A DNA stretch of 63,319 nt, counting the filler, from Reclinomonas americana ATCC 50394 (lineage: Eukaryota): assembly GCA_048213135.1 (NCBI GenBank). It is 6 parts of 2 records of this genome, joined end to end, with 100 filler letters (N's around TTAATTAATTAA, not from the genome) between each part and the next. Parts side by side here need not be neighbours in the genome. Positions count along the whole stretch, not along the records: positions 32,657 to 44,994 come from PS015144.1; positions 45,095 to 59,345 come from PS015144.1; 4 more parts are not named here. One strand, 5' to 3'. A model generated the notes under the pieces. The model saw only the letters and a list, made by a program, of their open reading frames with translations, was not told the DNA's origin and searched no databases. How positions within the stretch are numbered: position 1 is the first letter of the stretch; each line of letters starts with the position of its first letter. A program made the position numbers and the translations under genes. Below, piece after piece: positions 36,695 to 49,795 of this stretch.

Positions 36695-39032
36695 CTTCTT
36701 CCTTCTTCTCCTACTTCTCCTCCTCCTCCTCCTCCTCCTCCTCCTCCTCCTCCTCCTCCTCCTCCTCCTCTCTCTCTCCTCCTCCTTCTTCTTCTTCTTC
36801 TTCTTCTTCCTTCTTCTCCTCCTCCTCCTCTTCTTGCTTCTTCTCTTCTTCTTCTTCTTCTTCTTCCTCCTCTCTCTCTCTCTCCCTCCCTCCCTCTCTC
36901 TCTCCTCCTTCTCCCTTTCTCTCTCCTTCTCCTCTCTCCACTCCCCTCCTCTCTCCCTTTCTCTGATCAGTGCCTGCGTTCGTGCAGCTCTGTGCATGCG
37001 TTTGAGCGATTGGACAAGCTCGGTGAGGGCACGTATGGAGCCGTGTATCGCGCACGTGATTTGCAGTCGGGTGACATTTGTGCGCTGAAGCGCATCAAGA
37101 TGGAGGCGGAGCAGGATGGGTGCGTGCTGTGTGTGTCACTCTCGCTGAGCTGATTGTCGGATGCGTGTCATGCGATCGATTCCCTCCGCTGTCTCTGTTG
37201 GCACTGATGATTCTCCGTCCTGTGTTCTCTTCTCTTTGTGTTGGATGCACTGTTCGCTGACAACTCTGGCTGATGATGATGATTGCTCAGTCACTAAGGA
37301 AGCGCACTCTCTTCATTCCTTAGTTGGTTGGCACATGCACTCCGTGTTGCACAGGCCTGCTCAGTCGTGCACTCCGCGTTGAGCAGACCGTGCTGTTGAC
37401 GAGTGCTTAATTGCTCCCGAAACTCTGCTCTTTCTAGTGGTGGCACTTGTATTGCTCGTTGAGCAAGCTTGGCTGCTTAGTCACTCTGGAAACTCTTGCT
37501 TGTCGTCTCTGTTGGTAGGCACATGCACTCCATGTCGAGCAACGTCAGTCGCTCTGGGCACACTGTCCCTTCTCTTCTGCGTTAGCGCGCACTTGTATTG
37601 CTCGTTGAGCAAGCTTGGCTGATTGGTCACTCTTCTTTTGTGTCGGTTGAAACATGCACTGCGTGTTGAGCAAGCCTTGCTGACCAGTCACCCTGAACGC
37701 TTTCTCTTCTCTCCTCAGCGTTGTTTGCTCCCTCTCGTCCTCATCATCTCTTGCCCCCGCAGCATGCCCATCACCGCACTCAGGGAAATCACTCTGCTGC
37801 AACAGCTGCGTCACCCCAACATTGTGACGATGAAGGAGGTGGTGGTCGGCTCGCGTCTCGACAGGTTTGGAAAGGAGGCTTCCTTCGCTTACAAACCGAG
37901 AGTCGCTGATGTGGTGATGGTGGTGCAGTATCTTTCTGGTATTCGAGTACTGCGAGCACGACATGGGCGACTTGCTGGACGATCTGCGACCCGTGTTCAC
38001 GATTGCCGAGGTCAAGTGTCTCATGGTGCAGTTGCTGCAGGGCATTGACTACTTGCACAAGAATTGGATCATTCATCGGTGAGTACGGCCTCGCCCCCCT
38101 TCTCCCGTGCCCATGTTTCCCTCCCTTCTCCCTCACCCTTCTCCCCTGTTCCCTTCCCCCTTCCCAGCGACATCAAAATGAGCAACCTTCTGTACACCGC
38201 CGACGGCATCCTCAAGCTGGCCGACTTTGGCCTGGCCCGTCGCTACGCCATGCCACCAACCTTTATGACGCCGAAGCTCGTCACATTGTGGTACCGCGCC
38301 CCGGAGATTCTGCTCGGCACCACCAACTACACCGAGGAGAGCGACATGGTTCGTGTGTCTCCCTCTCTCTTCGCCGCACACCCTTCCTTCTCTCATGTTC
38401 CCTCCCCCCCACAGTGGTCGGCCGGGTGCATCTTGGGCGAGCTGCTCCTCTGCAAACCGCTGATGGCAGGTCGCGACGACATGGACCAACTGATCAAAAT
38501 GTTCAGCTTGCTCGGCACGCCAAACGAGAAAGTGTGGCCGGGCTTCTCTCGATTGCCCATGGTGGAGAAGATTGGCGTCGATGCGCTGCCACAGCGTCCG
38601 TACTCGTATCTGCGGCCCACATTCGGAATGCTGTCGGCAAGTGGCCTCGACTTGTTGGAGCGGTGCGTTGTTCCGCTTCTTCGTCTTCTCCCCGAATCGT
38701 CGTTTGACGTGGATTCTTTGCTCAAACACCAGCCTTCTCACCTACGACCCGTCACGACGCATCACGGCTGCCGAGGCACTGGAGCATCCATTCTTCACCG
38801 AGAGTCCACCCACCAAGTCGCCAGCGATGATGCCCACAGTTGCGCACGCTGATCACTTGTGTTTGAAGCACTTCGTCTCTCACTCTCTTTCTGCATCCAG
38901 TTCCCATCACAAACCGTGCGTCGCGCGCGTGCCAAGCGACGACGTGAACCGTCACCGAATGCCGGCGAGAAGCGCAGGAAGCACGCCCCACCGTCTCCAT
39001 CGCCACCACCAGCCAATGGAAAACGCAAGTAA
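36094..39032 (+). CDS. CDK10: Cyclin-dependent kinase, CDK10-like (CDK10/CDK11 group)
   Basis: GSCR|SVHAFERLDKLGEGTYG, DG|MPITALREI, HR|DIKMSNLL, DFGLAR, MTPKLVTLWYRAPE, MPT|FPS; basic C-terminal tail. Confidence 0.9.
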
Positions 39033-39442
39033 ATGTAATACTGTTAGCCACGCATTGCGATTACGCAAGACGAGTAGTCTCCAGTTAGGAACCTTTCATT
39101 GTGTAACGAGAGACCGGTCATTTCGTTTCCCTCGTTTCTAATAGTCCACTGCTCTCGTTATTTGTTTGTTTCTTGGCCCAAACTCTAAGTCTTTTCTCAT
39201 TGTTCATCTGTGAGTGGAACACCTGCAGTTCTCGACTTGTTCATACAAAAACCTGACGCTGACATTGGTGTTGTGTTTCTGTTCATCAAGATATATGTTG
39301 CTCGGTTGTTGGTGAATGAATCGTAGGCATGTTGTCAAGTTGCTGCATTTTCCCCACATTCATTCACGGCACACCACACACGGCTGCCGAGCATCGCAGT
39401 GTATGCAACGACGGCTCATGGTTGCACACTGTCTTTTTTCGT

Positions 39443-42400
39443 TCACGAGCAAGGGATCTTGTCGGCCACTGCACCAGCGGAGTAAATCAGCATTCAAAGA
39501 TTATACATCGCACAAATTACAACAACACGCAACGCTCGTCCACCGGGATCTTGCGGCCGAGGATCTTGCGTGCCATGTCGATCTTGCCAAAGTTGTTGAA
39601 GAGCAGGATGCCCATCACACGTCCACCCTTGAGGTAGTAGACAACGCCTGCAAAGACAAGAGATGAGATGACGACACACACGTGCCGACAGATGCGACCC
39701 TCACTCACCCTTGCCGTACGACTGAATCTTCTCTGGAGGCGCCGTGAAGAACCACGGAGCTCCAGGTGCGTCGACGCGGACGTTGTCCCAGAAACTCACC
39801 GTCTCGAGGTTGGAGTCGAGACTGTGTGTTTCATTGAGTCAGCTTGCTTTGGCAGCAGTCAGGGGGAGGATGGGGAGGTACGCAACACGCCGAGGGCCTC
39901 GTAGCCGAGGCTGCCAATGTCGCCCCAGTACATGCTCTGGAACGAGTACGGCTGGTGTGCGCCAGTCATGTTCTGTCCTGCCAGGCGGCCAGACACGACG
40001 GCGTGGTCGTGGTGCTGCGTGCGAGTCAAACAACAGTCAGTGGATGTGCACGCATCAGCATGTGCCTGAAGGAGCAAACCTCCACACTGTAAACACATGT
40101 GTGAGTGTGCATGATCGAGAAGAAACTCATTCACAAGCAATGAACACGTACCGACGGCGGCCGAGGACAGGATCAAAGAACGAGCAAATGTCGCCGGCGG
40201 CGTACACACCGGCACTGCGTGGCAGTTGATGAGCATGAGAAATTACACACGGCAGATGAGAGCGCAAGTGACTCACCGCGCCTCCAGCTCCGAGTTCACG
40301 ACAATGCCGCCGTTCTTGTGGTCGATCTCAAGACCGGCCAGCGACGCCAGCTGAGTGTTCGGGGCAATACCGAGGGCCGTCACCACTGCACACAAAGGCA
40401 CATACAGTGAGTCGTTCACTCTTCTCCAATGCCTGCTGTCTTGCACACACTCACCATGATCAACGACCACCTCCTCGTTGTTGTCGAGCACGACCGTCAC
40501 CTTCTCAGCGGGGCCGTCAGACACCTTGGTGACCATGCGGTTGGGGCGGATGGTGACACCGGCCACGTTCAGGTGCGTGGTGGCGGCATCAGACAGGTAG
40601 CGCGGGAAGTTGCTGCGAGAAATGGTGAGATGGAGAGGAAGAGGAAGAGGAAGAGGGAGAGGGAGAGGGAGAGGGAGAGGGAGAGGGAGAGGGAGAGGGA
40701 GAGGGAGAGGGAGAGGGAGAGGGAGAGGAAGAATCGGAAGAGGAGAAGAGAGAGGAAAGAGGGGAGAGACAGAGGGAGACGAAGAGAGAGAGAGAAGGGA
40801 GAGAAGGAGAGGGACAGACAGCAACCAACAAGACAATAGGAAAGAGGGACAGGGAGGAGAAGAGGAGGGAATGAGAAAGAAAGAAAACAACAGCGCAAAA
40901 AGCAACTGGGACAGGGAGAGGGAAGGAGAGAGATAATGAAAGGAGAGAGAAAAGCAAATCCTACTCTGGCCCTCTTTCTTTCTCTCTCTTCCTCAGTCTC
41001 ATCTTCCCTTCATTCACTCTCTTTCCCTCTCACCCCGCACACACACCGTGCCATGACGCTCGGCTCCGGGAACACCTGGATCACGTCGCCACCCTTTTGT
41101 TGCGCTGCGCCAGTCACACGTGATGAGCTCACACACTCTTTCTTACACAAAGACACACGACGCAGAACGCACCGCGCTGAGCCAACACAAAGGCGAGCTC
41201 AGTGCCGAGGAAGGATCCGCCGAGGACAGCGAACGAGCCGCCACTGCGCGAGATGGAATCGAGACGCTGGAAGTCCTCCACAGTGCGGAACGACGAGACC
41301 TTGTTGCGCACCGCGCCTTCGAGGCCCGGGCACTCATTCGGCACGCCACCCATGGCCAGCAGGCACTTCTCGAACGAGAAGCGGCGACCATCGTCCAGGG
41401 TGACCACACGGCTGTTGACGTCCAGTTCCTGCGACAAACAACAAAGGATGATGAGTAATGCGCAAGGGCAGACGAGAGAGAGAGAGGAGAACCAAGTGTG
41501 TGTGCATGACGTACCACGACCTCGCTGCCGAGAATGAGGTCCACACGGTTCTCCTCGTACCACGACAACGGCTTGAAGATCAAACTCTGCTCCTGCTTAT
41601 CCCAGCTGGTATAAGTCAGGGTCTTCGACACCTCCGGATCCACCGACGTCCACAGCTCCTTGCTCAGCGGTGGGCCTGTGTGTTCCTCAATTGCATGAGC
41701 CAAAATACGCGCGCGTGCACACGAGGTGGAGGGGCAAAAGAAAACGCAACGCATGTACGGCAAGGTCTGCTCGCGACCAATCATCAACAGCGTGCCCTCC
41801 GGGTCGCGCTCTCGAATCGCCATCATCGCCATGAAGCCAGCCGTGCCTGTCAAACGAGAGAAGAGAGATGAGTAAAGAAGGACAAGNNNNNNNNNNNNNN
41901 NNNNNNNNNNNNNNNNNNNNNNNNNNNNNNNNNNNNNNNNNNNNNNNNNNNNNNNNNNNNNNNNNNNNNNNNNNNNNNNNNNNNNNNNNNNNNNNNNNNN
42001 NNNNNNNNNNNNNNNNNNNNNNNNNNNNNNNNNNNNNNNNNNNNNNNNNNNNNNNNNNNNNNNNNNNNNNNNNNNNNNNNNNNNNNNNNNNNNNNNNNNN
42101 NNNNNNNNNNNNNNNNNNNNNNNNNNNNNNNNNNNNNNNNNNNNNNNNNNNNNNNNNNNNNNNNNNNNNNNNNNNNNNNNNNNNNNNNNNNNNNNNNNNN
42201 NAACATGAGTGAGAGAGGGAGAGTGAGTGGAGTGAGTGTGTGTGTGTGTGCGTGTGAGTGAGTGTTTTCACGCCTTGTCCTTGCTGCTCTCTCTCACTCT
42301 CTCTCTCTCTGTATGCGCGTGTGTGTGTGAGTGAGTGAGTCAGTGTGCGAGTGTTGTCACGCCTTATCGCTTGCTGCTGCTGCTGCTGCTGCTCTCTCTC

Positions 42401-43073
42401 TCTCTCTCTCTCTCTCAGAGATACTCACCAGCACCGCAAATGACCTGCACACAGCCGACCAATCATTGAGCACAAGAAGAGAGACAGACAAACAGAGAGT
42501 GTGTGTGCAAGAGAGAGGAAAACACGCAACGTATTTGTACGCGCGCGGATGCTTGGAAGGCTTGCTCGACTCGGCATTCTCCGACGACGAAGTTGATGCG
42601 TTCTGCCAAGCAGCATCATTCAATCAGCAGCATCCGGACAAGTGGCATCATGACTGCATCCTCTTTAACAAACACAACAACACACAACGCACACTCTCTC
42701 TCACTCTCACAAACATACACACAGCACACACACAATGCGCGTGCAAAGCAGATTTCGTCACACAAAGAGAATCTCTCTCTCTCACACACACGCACACACA
42801 CAACACACTTGCGCACGCACGCTACACTACACGCACTCTGACACAGCGCGCAAGTGCGTGCACGCGCGCGTGTGTGCGTGTGTTTTATATGCGACATTTG
42901 CAACACAGACAAGACGCACTCTTACGCACACTCACCGACGCGTTCTGCTCTGTCTCTTCTTCTTCCTCTTCCTCAGCACGCAGCATGCTCATGGTGAGGC
43001 GACGCGAGAACTCAAAGGAGACTGCGGCCGCGCTGGCAAACGTGCGCGGCCACGACTTGACGAGCCACCACAT
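39443..43073 (-). CDS. AIFM1: Apoptosis-inducing factor-like FAD/NADH oxidoreductase (start uncertain; 314-N gap in an intron)
   Basis: [78 protein letters not shown]. Confidence 0.9.
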
Positions 43074-43229
43074 AGCTTATGTAAGGGGGGATAACAAGCA
43101 AGACACACACACGCACGCGCACACACACACGAGCGCGTGAGGGTCTTGTTGGGTTGAAAGGTGGAAGAGTGGGACAAGTGGATATCACAAATATCTTGTT
43201 GTGAGGTCCGTGAGCAAGTGAGGCAAGGT

Positions 43230-43760
43230 AGATGCTGCACTAGACAGTGATATGAGCTTCTGCAACTCACAAGAGGACCAGCCTCGTCTGCTGAGCGAGG
43301 CAGACAAGTGAGCGACGTTTTGCATGTCGACGTCGACGTCGTTGCAGCTGGCATGGAAGTGCCTTTGCGTCATTCATTCCACCTCCCGGTGCGGTTAACC
43401 CCCGGTGCTGCACTAGACGGTGATATGAGCTTCTGCAACTCAAGGGCCGACCAGATTTGCCTGCTGGGCTGCAGCTTGGCGCCACTTTCCACCTCCCGGT
43501 GCTGCTTCTGCAACTAAAAGCGAGGACCAGCCTCGCCTGCTGAACGAGACAAGTGATGCGCATGCCTCGCACTCATTCCACATTCCATCTGCACTAGACT
43601 TGCCTGCTGGGCGAGTCCGACAACGCTGCGTTCTGTGTTCACGGCAACAGAATGTCGTAGCGGTGCGATCGTTCCACTCATTCCACTTCCCGAGTAAATC
43701 GGCACAGCGACAAGTTGCGGCAGCGCGATGGCCTCTTTCCACCTCCCAGTTATCAAGTCG
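43230..43760. repeat. Degenerate tandem repeat (roughly 170-180 bp modules) between the EFM7 stop and the AIF start
   Basis: gctgcactagac.gtgatatgagcttctgcaactc at ~43235 and ~43407; gaggaccagcctcg.ctgctga at ~43273 and ~43522; ttccacctccc recurs several times. Confidence 0.7.
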
Positions 43761-43834
43761 CTCCACTCTCTCCATCAATGTCTATCTCGTCGTGTTATAC
43801 TCTCTCTCTTTCACACACACACACCTCCCCATCT

Positions 43835-44994
43835 CTACTTGCTGCTATTGGTCATGCGGAAAATATGAATGGTCGATCGCACATCCTCGGGGCCAGGGTC
43901 CGACGGGAACATTGGTTGTCTCCGTCGCTCACCGACCTTTTCCACCACAAAATTGAAGCCCTCGGCGGGATCGGAGGCCAGGGCGAAAAAGTTGAGATCT
44001 TGCGTGGCCATGTGTGGTCGGTGGTGCGAGAAACACACCAGAGCCTGTGCGTCGATGAGCACCTGTTTTGCCACAAGTACCCTCACAGTTGGCACTCACC
44101 TCGCCGTCAGCCGCCATTAGCTCTTTGGTTGATCGCAGCAGCTCACGGTGGAACGCATGATTGAACTGCGGAGCACACAAGACGACGTCAATCACAACTA
44201 CAGCACTCAATGCTCTGCGTGAATCACGCAACGACCAAATCCGACAGAATGCACACATCAAACGGCTTCTCCTGCCCTTCGTCACCGGTGCCCAGTCGGC
44301 GCAGCTCGTCCGTGTTCTTGCCCCACAAGTGGCCCTGCGTCCGGGAGGAAAGAGGATATTGTCAGACGTCCCTCACGTGTCACCAGCAACACTTGCGTGC
44401 AATCACGTACCGCTGCATGCACAAATGGTTGCCGGTCGGCGGGAATGTTGCGCGTGATGTTCTGCTGCAGGTTGTCCACCACTGCGGCCTCCGGGTAGTC
44501 GGTGATGACCACACGACTGGCACCATTCAGGGCGGCGACGAGTGACGGTGCACCACCTCCCGCTCCCAACTCCACAAAGCTGCGACCGGCGCACGGCACA
44601 GCATACTCGGGATCGGCTCCGTCAAAGACCTCGCACAGCAACTTGGAGGCGTTCCACATGAGGTGACCCCACAGCGAGTGCTGGCCGATGAAGCGCAGTG
44701 CCAGCACACCGCGTCCACCTGGTTTACAGAGAAGGAGGCTGAGTGATATTCGAAAAGAAGCCCAACAGTACACCAGCAGGGAACACCTCACCGGCGCGCT
44801 CATAAATCTCCTCGTGAGGTGGATCGGGCTCGACAAAGAAGCCCTCGGGTTCGTCAAACAGCGACAGATCTGCATCCTCCAAGACGTCGGCCGCATCTGG
44901 CGAGTCACTGCGCCGCGGTGGTGGTGGTGGTGGTGCTGCCGATCGCCCCCCGTGCACGTGCTTCTCACGCTGCGCACGCTTGTCCTCCGCCTCC
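43835..44994 (-). CDS. EFM7: EFM7/NNT1-like protein N-terminal/lysine methyltransferase domain (no own ATG seen; frame open to gap)
   Basis: LFDEPEGF, LRFIGQHSLWGHLMWNA, VELGAGGGAPSL, VVITDYP, ILSDLV|FNH, FSHHRPH. Confidence 0.85.
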
Positions 44995-45094
44995 NNNNNN
45001 NNNNNNNNNNNNNNNNNNNNNNNNNNNNNNNNNNNNNNTTAATTAATTAANNNNNNNNNNNNNNNNNNNNNNNNNNNNNNNNNNNNNNNNNNNN

Positions 45095-47354
45095 TCCTCT
45101 CCTCCGTCAGCCTCCTCGCCCTCGACCTCATCAGTGAACGACTTCCATGCGTCTCCGTCGGCCTCGGACTCGCGTTCCATCTCCTCCAGCACGCGGATCA
45201 CGTGCTCTGGTCGTGCATCACCGCGGCGCCAGAACAGATACAGGCGGTACGTCTCTGTCGCCTGCCCCGTGATGGCGTGCAGGCCGCGACGCAACCGAAT
45301 CGGCACTCGCGCAATCAACCGTTCCCATCCACTCTCCTGCATGCGATCGAGGAAGAACATGACGCCGTCGCGGTCGTCCGACAAGATCTCCAGGAACCAC
45401 CCATTCGGCTCCAAGAACGCCTCAATGACGCGGATCAAGCAGGCAATGTGCGTACGATCCAAGCTGTATGTGAGCTCACTGCCAATCACAATCTCGGCCG
45501 GCCGCAGATCAGTGCCGGAAAAGTCGTTCCAGTCGAGCATTCTGTGCACAGCCGTCAGCCATCTCTCCCTCTTCCTCCCCCACGCAGGAGTCACGCAACA
45601 GGGCTCGTGCCGACTCGCCCACATGCAGCATGCGCCGGCGACGTGCCTCCTCCATCACAACATCGTCTTCCGGCTGGCTGTTGACTTCGATGTTGTAGGC
45701 GATGTTGTCGATGATTTGCGGAATGTAGTCGGTGATGAAGCAGCGCTGGGCAAAGCGCGCCGCCATGACGCCCGGCAGTCCGACACCGGCGCCCAACTCA
45801 ATCACCACGCGGTCGGCAAACAGCGCTTCACCGTGCTCACGAATCCACCGAGCTGTGGAGGGGAGAAGAGAGTGAGAGAGGGAAAAGGGACAGAGAGAGA
45901 GAGAGAGAGACGGAAGAGGAGTGTGAGAGACAAGGGAAGAGAGGGAGACAACAGAGACGAGAGGACGGAAAAAAAGGAGAAGACAAAAGAAGAAGGATAA
46001 AAGAAGAATAAAAAGTAGAAGAAGAACAACAACAGGCGAAGAACGAGAGGAGGAGGGCGGAGAAGACGAAGAAGAACAAGAAGAAAAAGAAAAGAACAAG
46101 ACGAAGGATTGGAGAAACAAGATGACGAAGAAGAAGGAGAAGGAGGAGGAGAATAACAGCAACAACAACAACAAGCAGAACACGAAAGATAGGAATGCAA
46201 GAAGCTGGATTGGAGAAACAAATGACGAAGGGGAAGAAGTAAAACAAGGAGAAGAAGGAGAGGAAACAAAGAAGAGCAGCAACATAACAACAAGAATAAG
46301 AAGAAATGGAAGAAAGAGAAGAGAAACACGACGACGAATAAGTACAAGGAGGAGCAGAAGAAGAAGAAGAAGAAGAAGAAGAAGTTGCAAGAAGAAGAAG
46401 AACAAGATCAACACCTCCAACAACAACGACAACAAGGAGGAGAAGAAGACGAGCAACAGCAATTCCAACAACAAGTAGAAGAAGGAAAAGCAGCAGCAGC
46501 AGCAACAAGAAGCAAGAAGAGGAAGAGAAGAGAAACAAGAAGACGACGAAAGAAGCGTCACGCTCTTCCCCCTTCTCTTTCCCCCTTTCCTCCCCCTTTC
46601 CCCTCCTTTCCCCCTTNNNNNNNNNNNNNNNNNNNNNNNNNNNNNNNNNNNNNNNNNNNNNNNNNNNNNNNNNNNNNNNNNNNNNNNNNNNNNNNNNNNN
46701 NNNNNNNNNNNNNNNNNNNNNNNNNNNNNNNNNNNNNNNNNNNNNNNNNNNNNNNNNNNNNNNNNNNNNNNNNNNNNNNNNNNNNNNNNNNNNNNNNNNN
46801 NNNNNNNNNNNNNNNNNNNNNNNNNNNNNNNNNNNNNNNNNNNNNNNNNNNNNNNNNNNNNNNNNNNNNNNNNNNNNNNNNNNNNNNNNNNNNNNNNNNN
46901 NNNNNNNNNNNNNNNNNNNNNNNNNNNNNNNNNNNCCTCTTCCCTCCCTCCCCTTCCCCTTTACAGCAACTCACCCAGAATGACGGCCGCATCCCACAAC
47001 GCACACCCAATACCCCCATCAATGATCGACAGCTCCCGAATGTACATCTCATCCTCCTCCCATCGCCGCTCCTGCCGATCATACCGACCCCATCCCACTG
47101 TCTTGCGCCTCTTCTTGCCAATGCCAAGTGCAGCCTAACAAAGACACAGAGAGAACACACACAGTCTGAGCATGCATGTGCGTCTGTGAGAGAGCGGAGA
47201 AACACAATGCTCACTGTGCGCCAGTCGATGCCCGATGAGCCTGCACACACGCACGCACACACACACACACACACAACGTGTGAGGCACTGTGCGCCCATC
47301 ACTTGCACACACATAGAGACACTCACCGAGTCGTTCGCGCACCACCGAAGTCAT
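45095..47354 (-). CDS. Family-16 (METTL21/22/23-like) protein methyltransferase domain (no stop seen; frame open into gap)
   Basis: GIGCALWDAAVIL|ARWI, VIELGAGVGLPG, FITDY, LDW, IVIGSELTY. Confidence 0.85.
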
Positions 47355-47413
47355 CGGAAGAGAGAGTGAGTGAGTCACACAGTTTGTCTCTCTTTCGTCT
47401 TCACACACAACGA

Positions 47414-49724
47414 ATGGCATTACCGTTTGCACTGGTGCTCTTCCTCGAGGGCGCCTCATCAGTGCTGGTGAGTGTGTGTGCATGTCTCCTTTCCATAATG
47501 CACTGATCACTTGCTCATTCTCCGACACAGTTGACTGTGATGCTTGCGCTTGCTGGTCAGCAGTCGTTTTTGTGTCACTCTGTGCTCTCATTGTTAACTC
47601 TCACTACTCATGCACAGGCATGTATCTCGTGTGGCGTCGGTTGGTGCCCGATAATCTGCCCAGCATCCTCTCAAAGCTCACTGTTGAAGGCATGCATGTA
47701 TGCATTCATTGTTGTTCTCTTCGTGCGTCGTCCACTCATTCCTCTTGTGTAGTCACGTTGCCGTGCTTTGCTTTTGTAAAGGTTTGCATGGATTGTGTGC
47801 TCTTCTTCGTCGTTGTTGTTTCATGAACATGCATGCAGCTCGGTGCCAGTATCAATCTCGACGAACTGCTGCGATTATGGGCCGTCTTTATCGCGCCACT
47901 GGTCGTGTGGGGTGAGGCAGCAGCAACACCGCTACTGTTTTGCTTCTCGTTGGATCGCCTTTCATCTCATGCCACTGCACAGGTGTCACGTATGTGCTGG
48001 TGGCGCTCATCTTTCGCGTGTTCTGCCGCGTGCCCGATCGTGGACTGCAGAGCATTCTCATGTGCAGTGTGCTGATGACCAACAATGGTGTGGCGACTGT
48101 GCTCGCCAACAGTCGTTCCAGTCGTTTTCTGTTTCTGATGTCGAGTGTTTCTCCACGCAGGCAATGTGCCGTTCGCCATGGTCGAGGTGATTGTCACCTC
48201 GGAGGTGTTCACCAGCGTCTTTGATCCCAGCCTGAATCTGCGTGATGTGGCCGCCGGATACATCTCGTGCGTTGCCTGTTGGCCACACGTGCACTCTGCG
48301 GTAGTTGTCTCACTTCTGTGTGCATGGCAGTGTTTATGTCATTCTCGGCGCTGTGGTCTGTGTGCGTGCCGTCTCTGTGTACCTCCCTCACTCGCCTCAC
48401 GCGCTGCGTCAGATGTACTGGACCATTGGTCTGAAGATGTTCAACAGCGGGGCCCCTCCGTCGAGTGCGCCTCCCAACTCCTCCACTCTGCAAATGTCGC
48501 CGTCGATGCGGTACATTCGCGACAACGTGATGCCGACCATTAAGCTCATTTTCAACGCACCCAACATTGGCCTCCTGACGGGCATTGTAGCGTTACGTCA
48601 CTCCACCATCACGCAGTCGGAGATTGGGAGTTGACATTGAGATACAACAGGGGATGTATTGCGCCCGTTCGACAATTTTTGTTTGTCAAGCCGCCGTACA
48701 TCATCTCGGGCATCATGGGCGGTGTTCGGCTGGTGAGTCCGTGTCTTCTCTTGCCTCAAACGACTTGGTCTCACGCGCGAGAGAACCAGTTGAGCGATGC
48801 GATGATTGCGGTCGCCACGGTCAGCACAGGCGCAGGTACATACTTGCCTCCACGCCCCTTCCGCCTCCGTTACTCATCACTACCCCCCTTTCAGCGCTGG
48901 CCCTCACTCTCCGACGGCAGGCCGAAGAGCGACGACACAAGCGAACGCAGGTTTGAATGCTCACATGGGCAGCGCTTCCGTATCGCCTCTTGCTGATTTG
49001 CTTCTGTGAGCAGTCCTTTGTCAGCCAGTTGCCAGAGGTGGACGAAGTGGAGTTGACAGAGGTGGACTCGGAGCGGCCACAGCACGATGGCGAGGACCAG
49101 CATCACTACAGCGAGGACGACAAGAAGGATCTGCTTGCTCGCAGCCAGTCGGGGGCGAGTGTTGCCGCTCCGTCAACCGCCGCGGCACCAGCAGTTCTCC
49201 TCCTGTCGACTCGCGACATTTTCTGGAGCGTATTCGCCAAGCAGGTGCTCGTGCCCCTCGTCTTTGCACCGCTGGTGTATGGTACGTACTGTCGATCGGC
49301 AGCTGCTCCCTGTGTCGTACCTCGCTCACTCACTCAGTGGAGCAGGGGTGTGGTGGCTCGGGGTGCTGCCGAGCGATCGGCTGCTGGTCTTCACGCTCAT
49401 GCTGCAGGGAGCGGTGCCGAGTGCTGTTGCGTCTCGTTTGCAACAATTATTCCTGCACACGTGCTGTTCTTCATTCATTCACTGACTGACGTGTTGAGCG
49501 CAGGTCGTGCTGACCATCATGGCCGAGTTTGCTGGCTTTGGTCGCGCCGAAGTCTCGGTGCTCATGCTGTGGCAGTACGCATCCACAGTTGTGTGTCCCT
49601 CCATGCGCATCTCATCTGCTGTAGAGAGATTGTCGACCTCACACTTCCTCCCTCCGTGCAGGTGATCCTGCTGCCGATCTGGTCTGCTGTGTTCCTCGCT
49701 ATTGTGTCCACCATTCCGGCATGA
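47414..49724 (+). CDS. PILS-like/auxin efflux carrier (AEC, Mem_trans) family transporter, multi-exon
   Basis: LSKLTVE|VTLPCFAFVK|LG, NN|GNVPF, FNAPNIG, DRLLVFTLMLQGAVPSA, EVSVLMLWQY; multiple hydrophobic segments. Confidence 0.85.
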
Positions 49725-49795
49725 TGAGATCGCCACCAAGCGTAAGCGACACGCGATAAGGCAAGACGGGAGATGTCTGTAAGGCCTCGAGTCGA

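Noticed and set aside
45509-46561. Long ORFs of poly-L/S/F or poly-RE (also 32601-33425, 36320-37153, 59390-59969)
   Set aside because: Translations of intronic microsatellites, or ORFs bridged through N runs.
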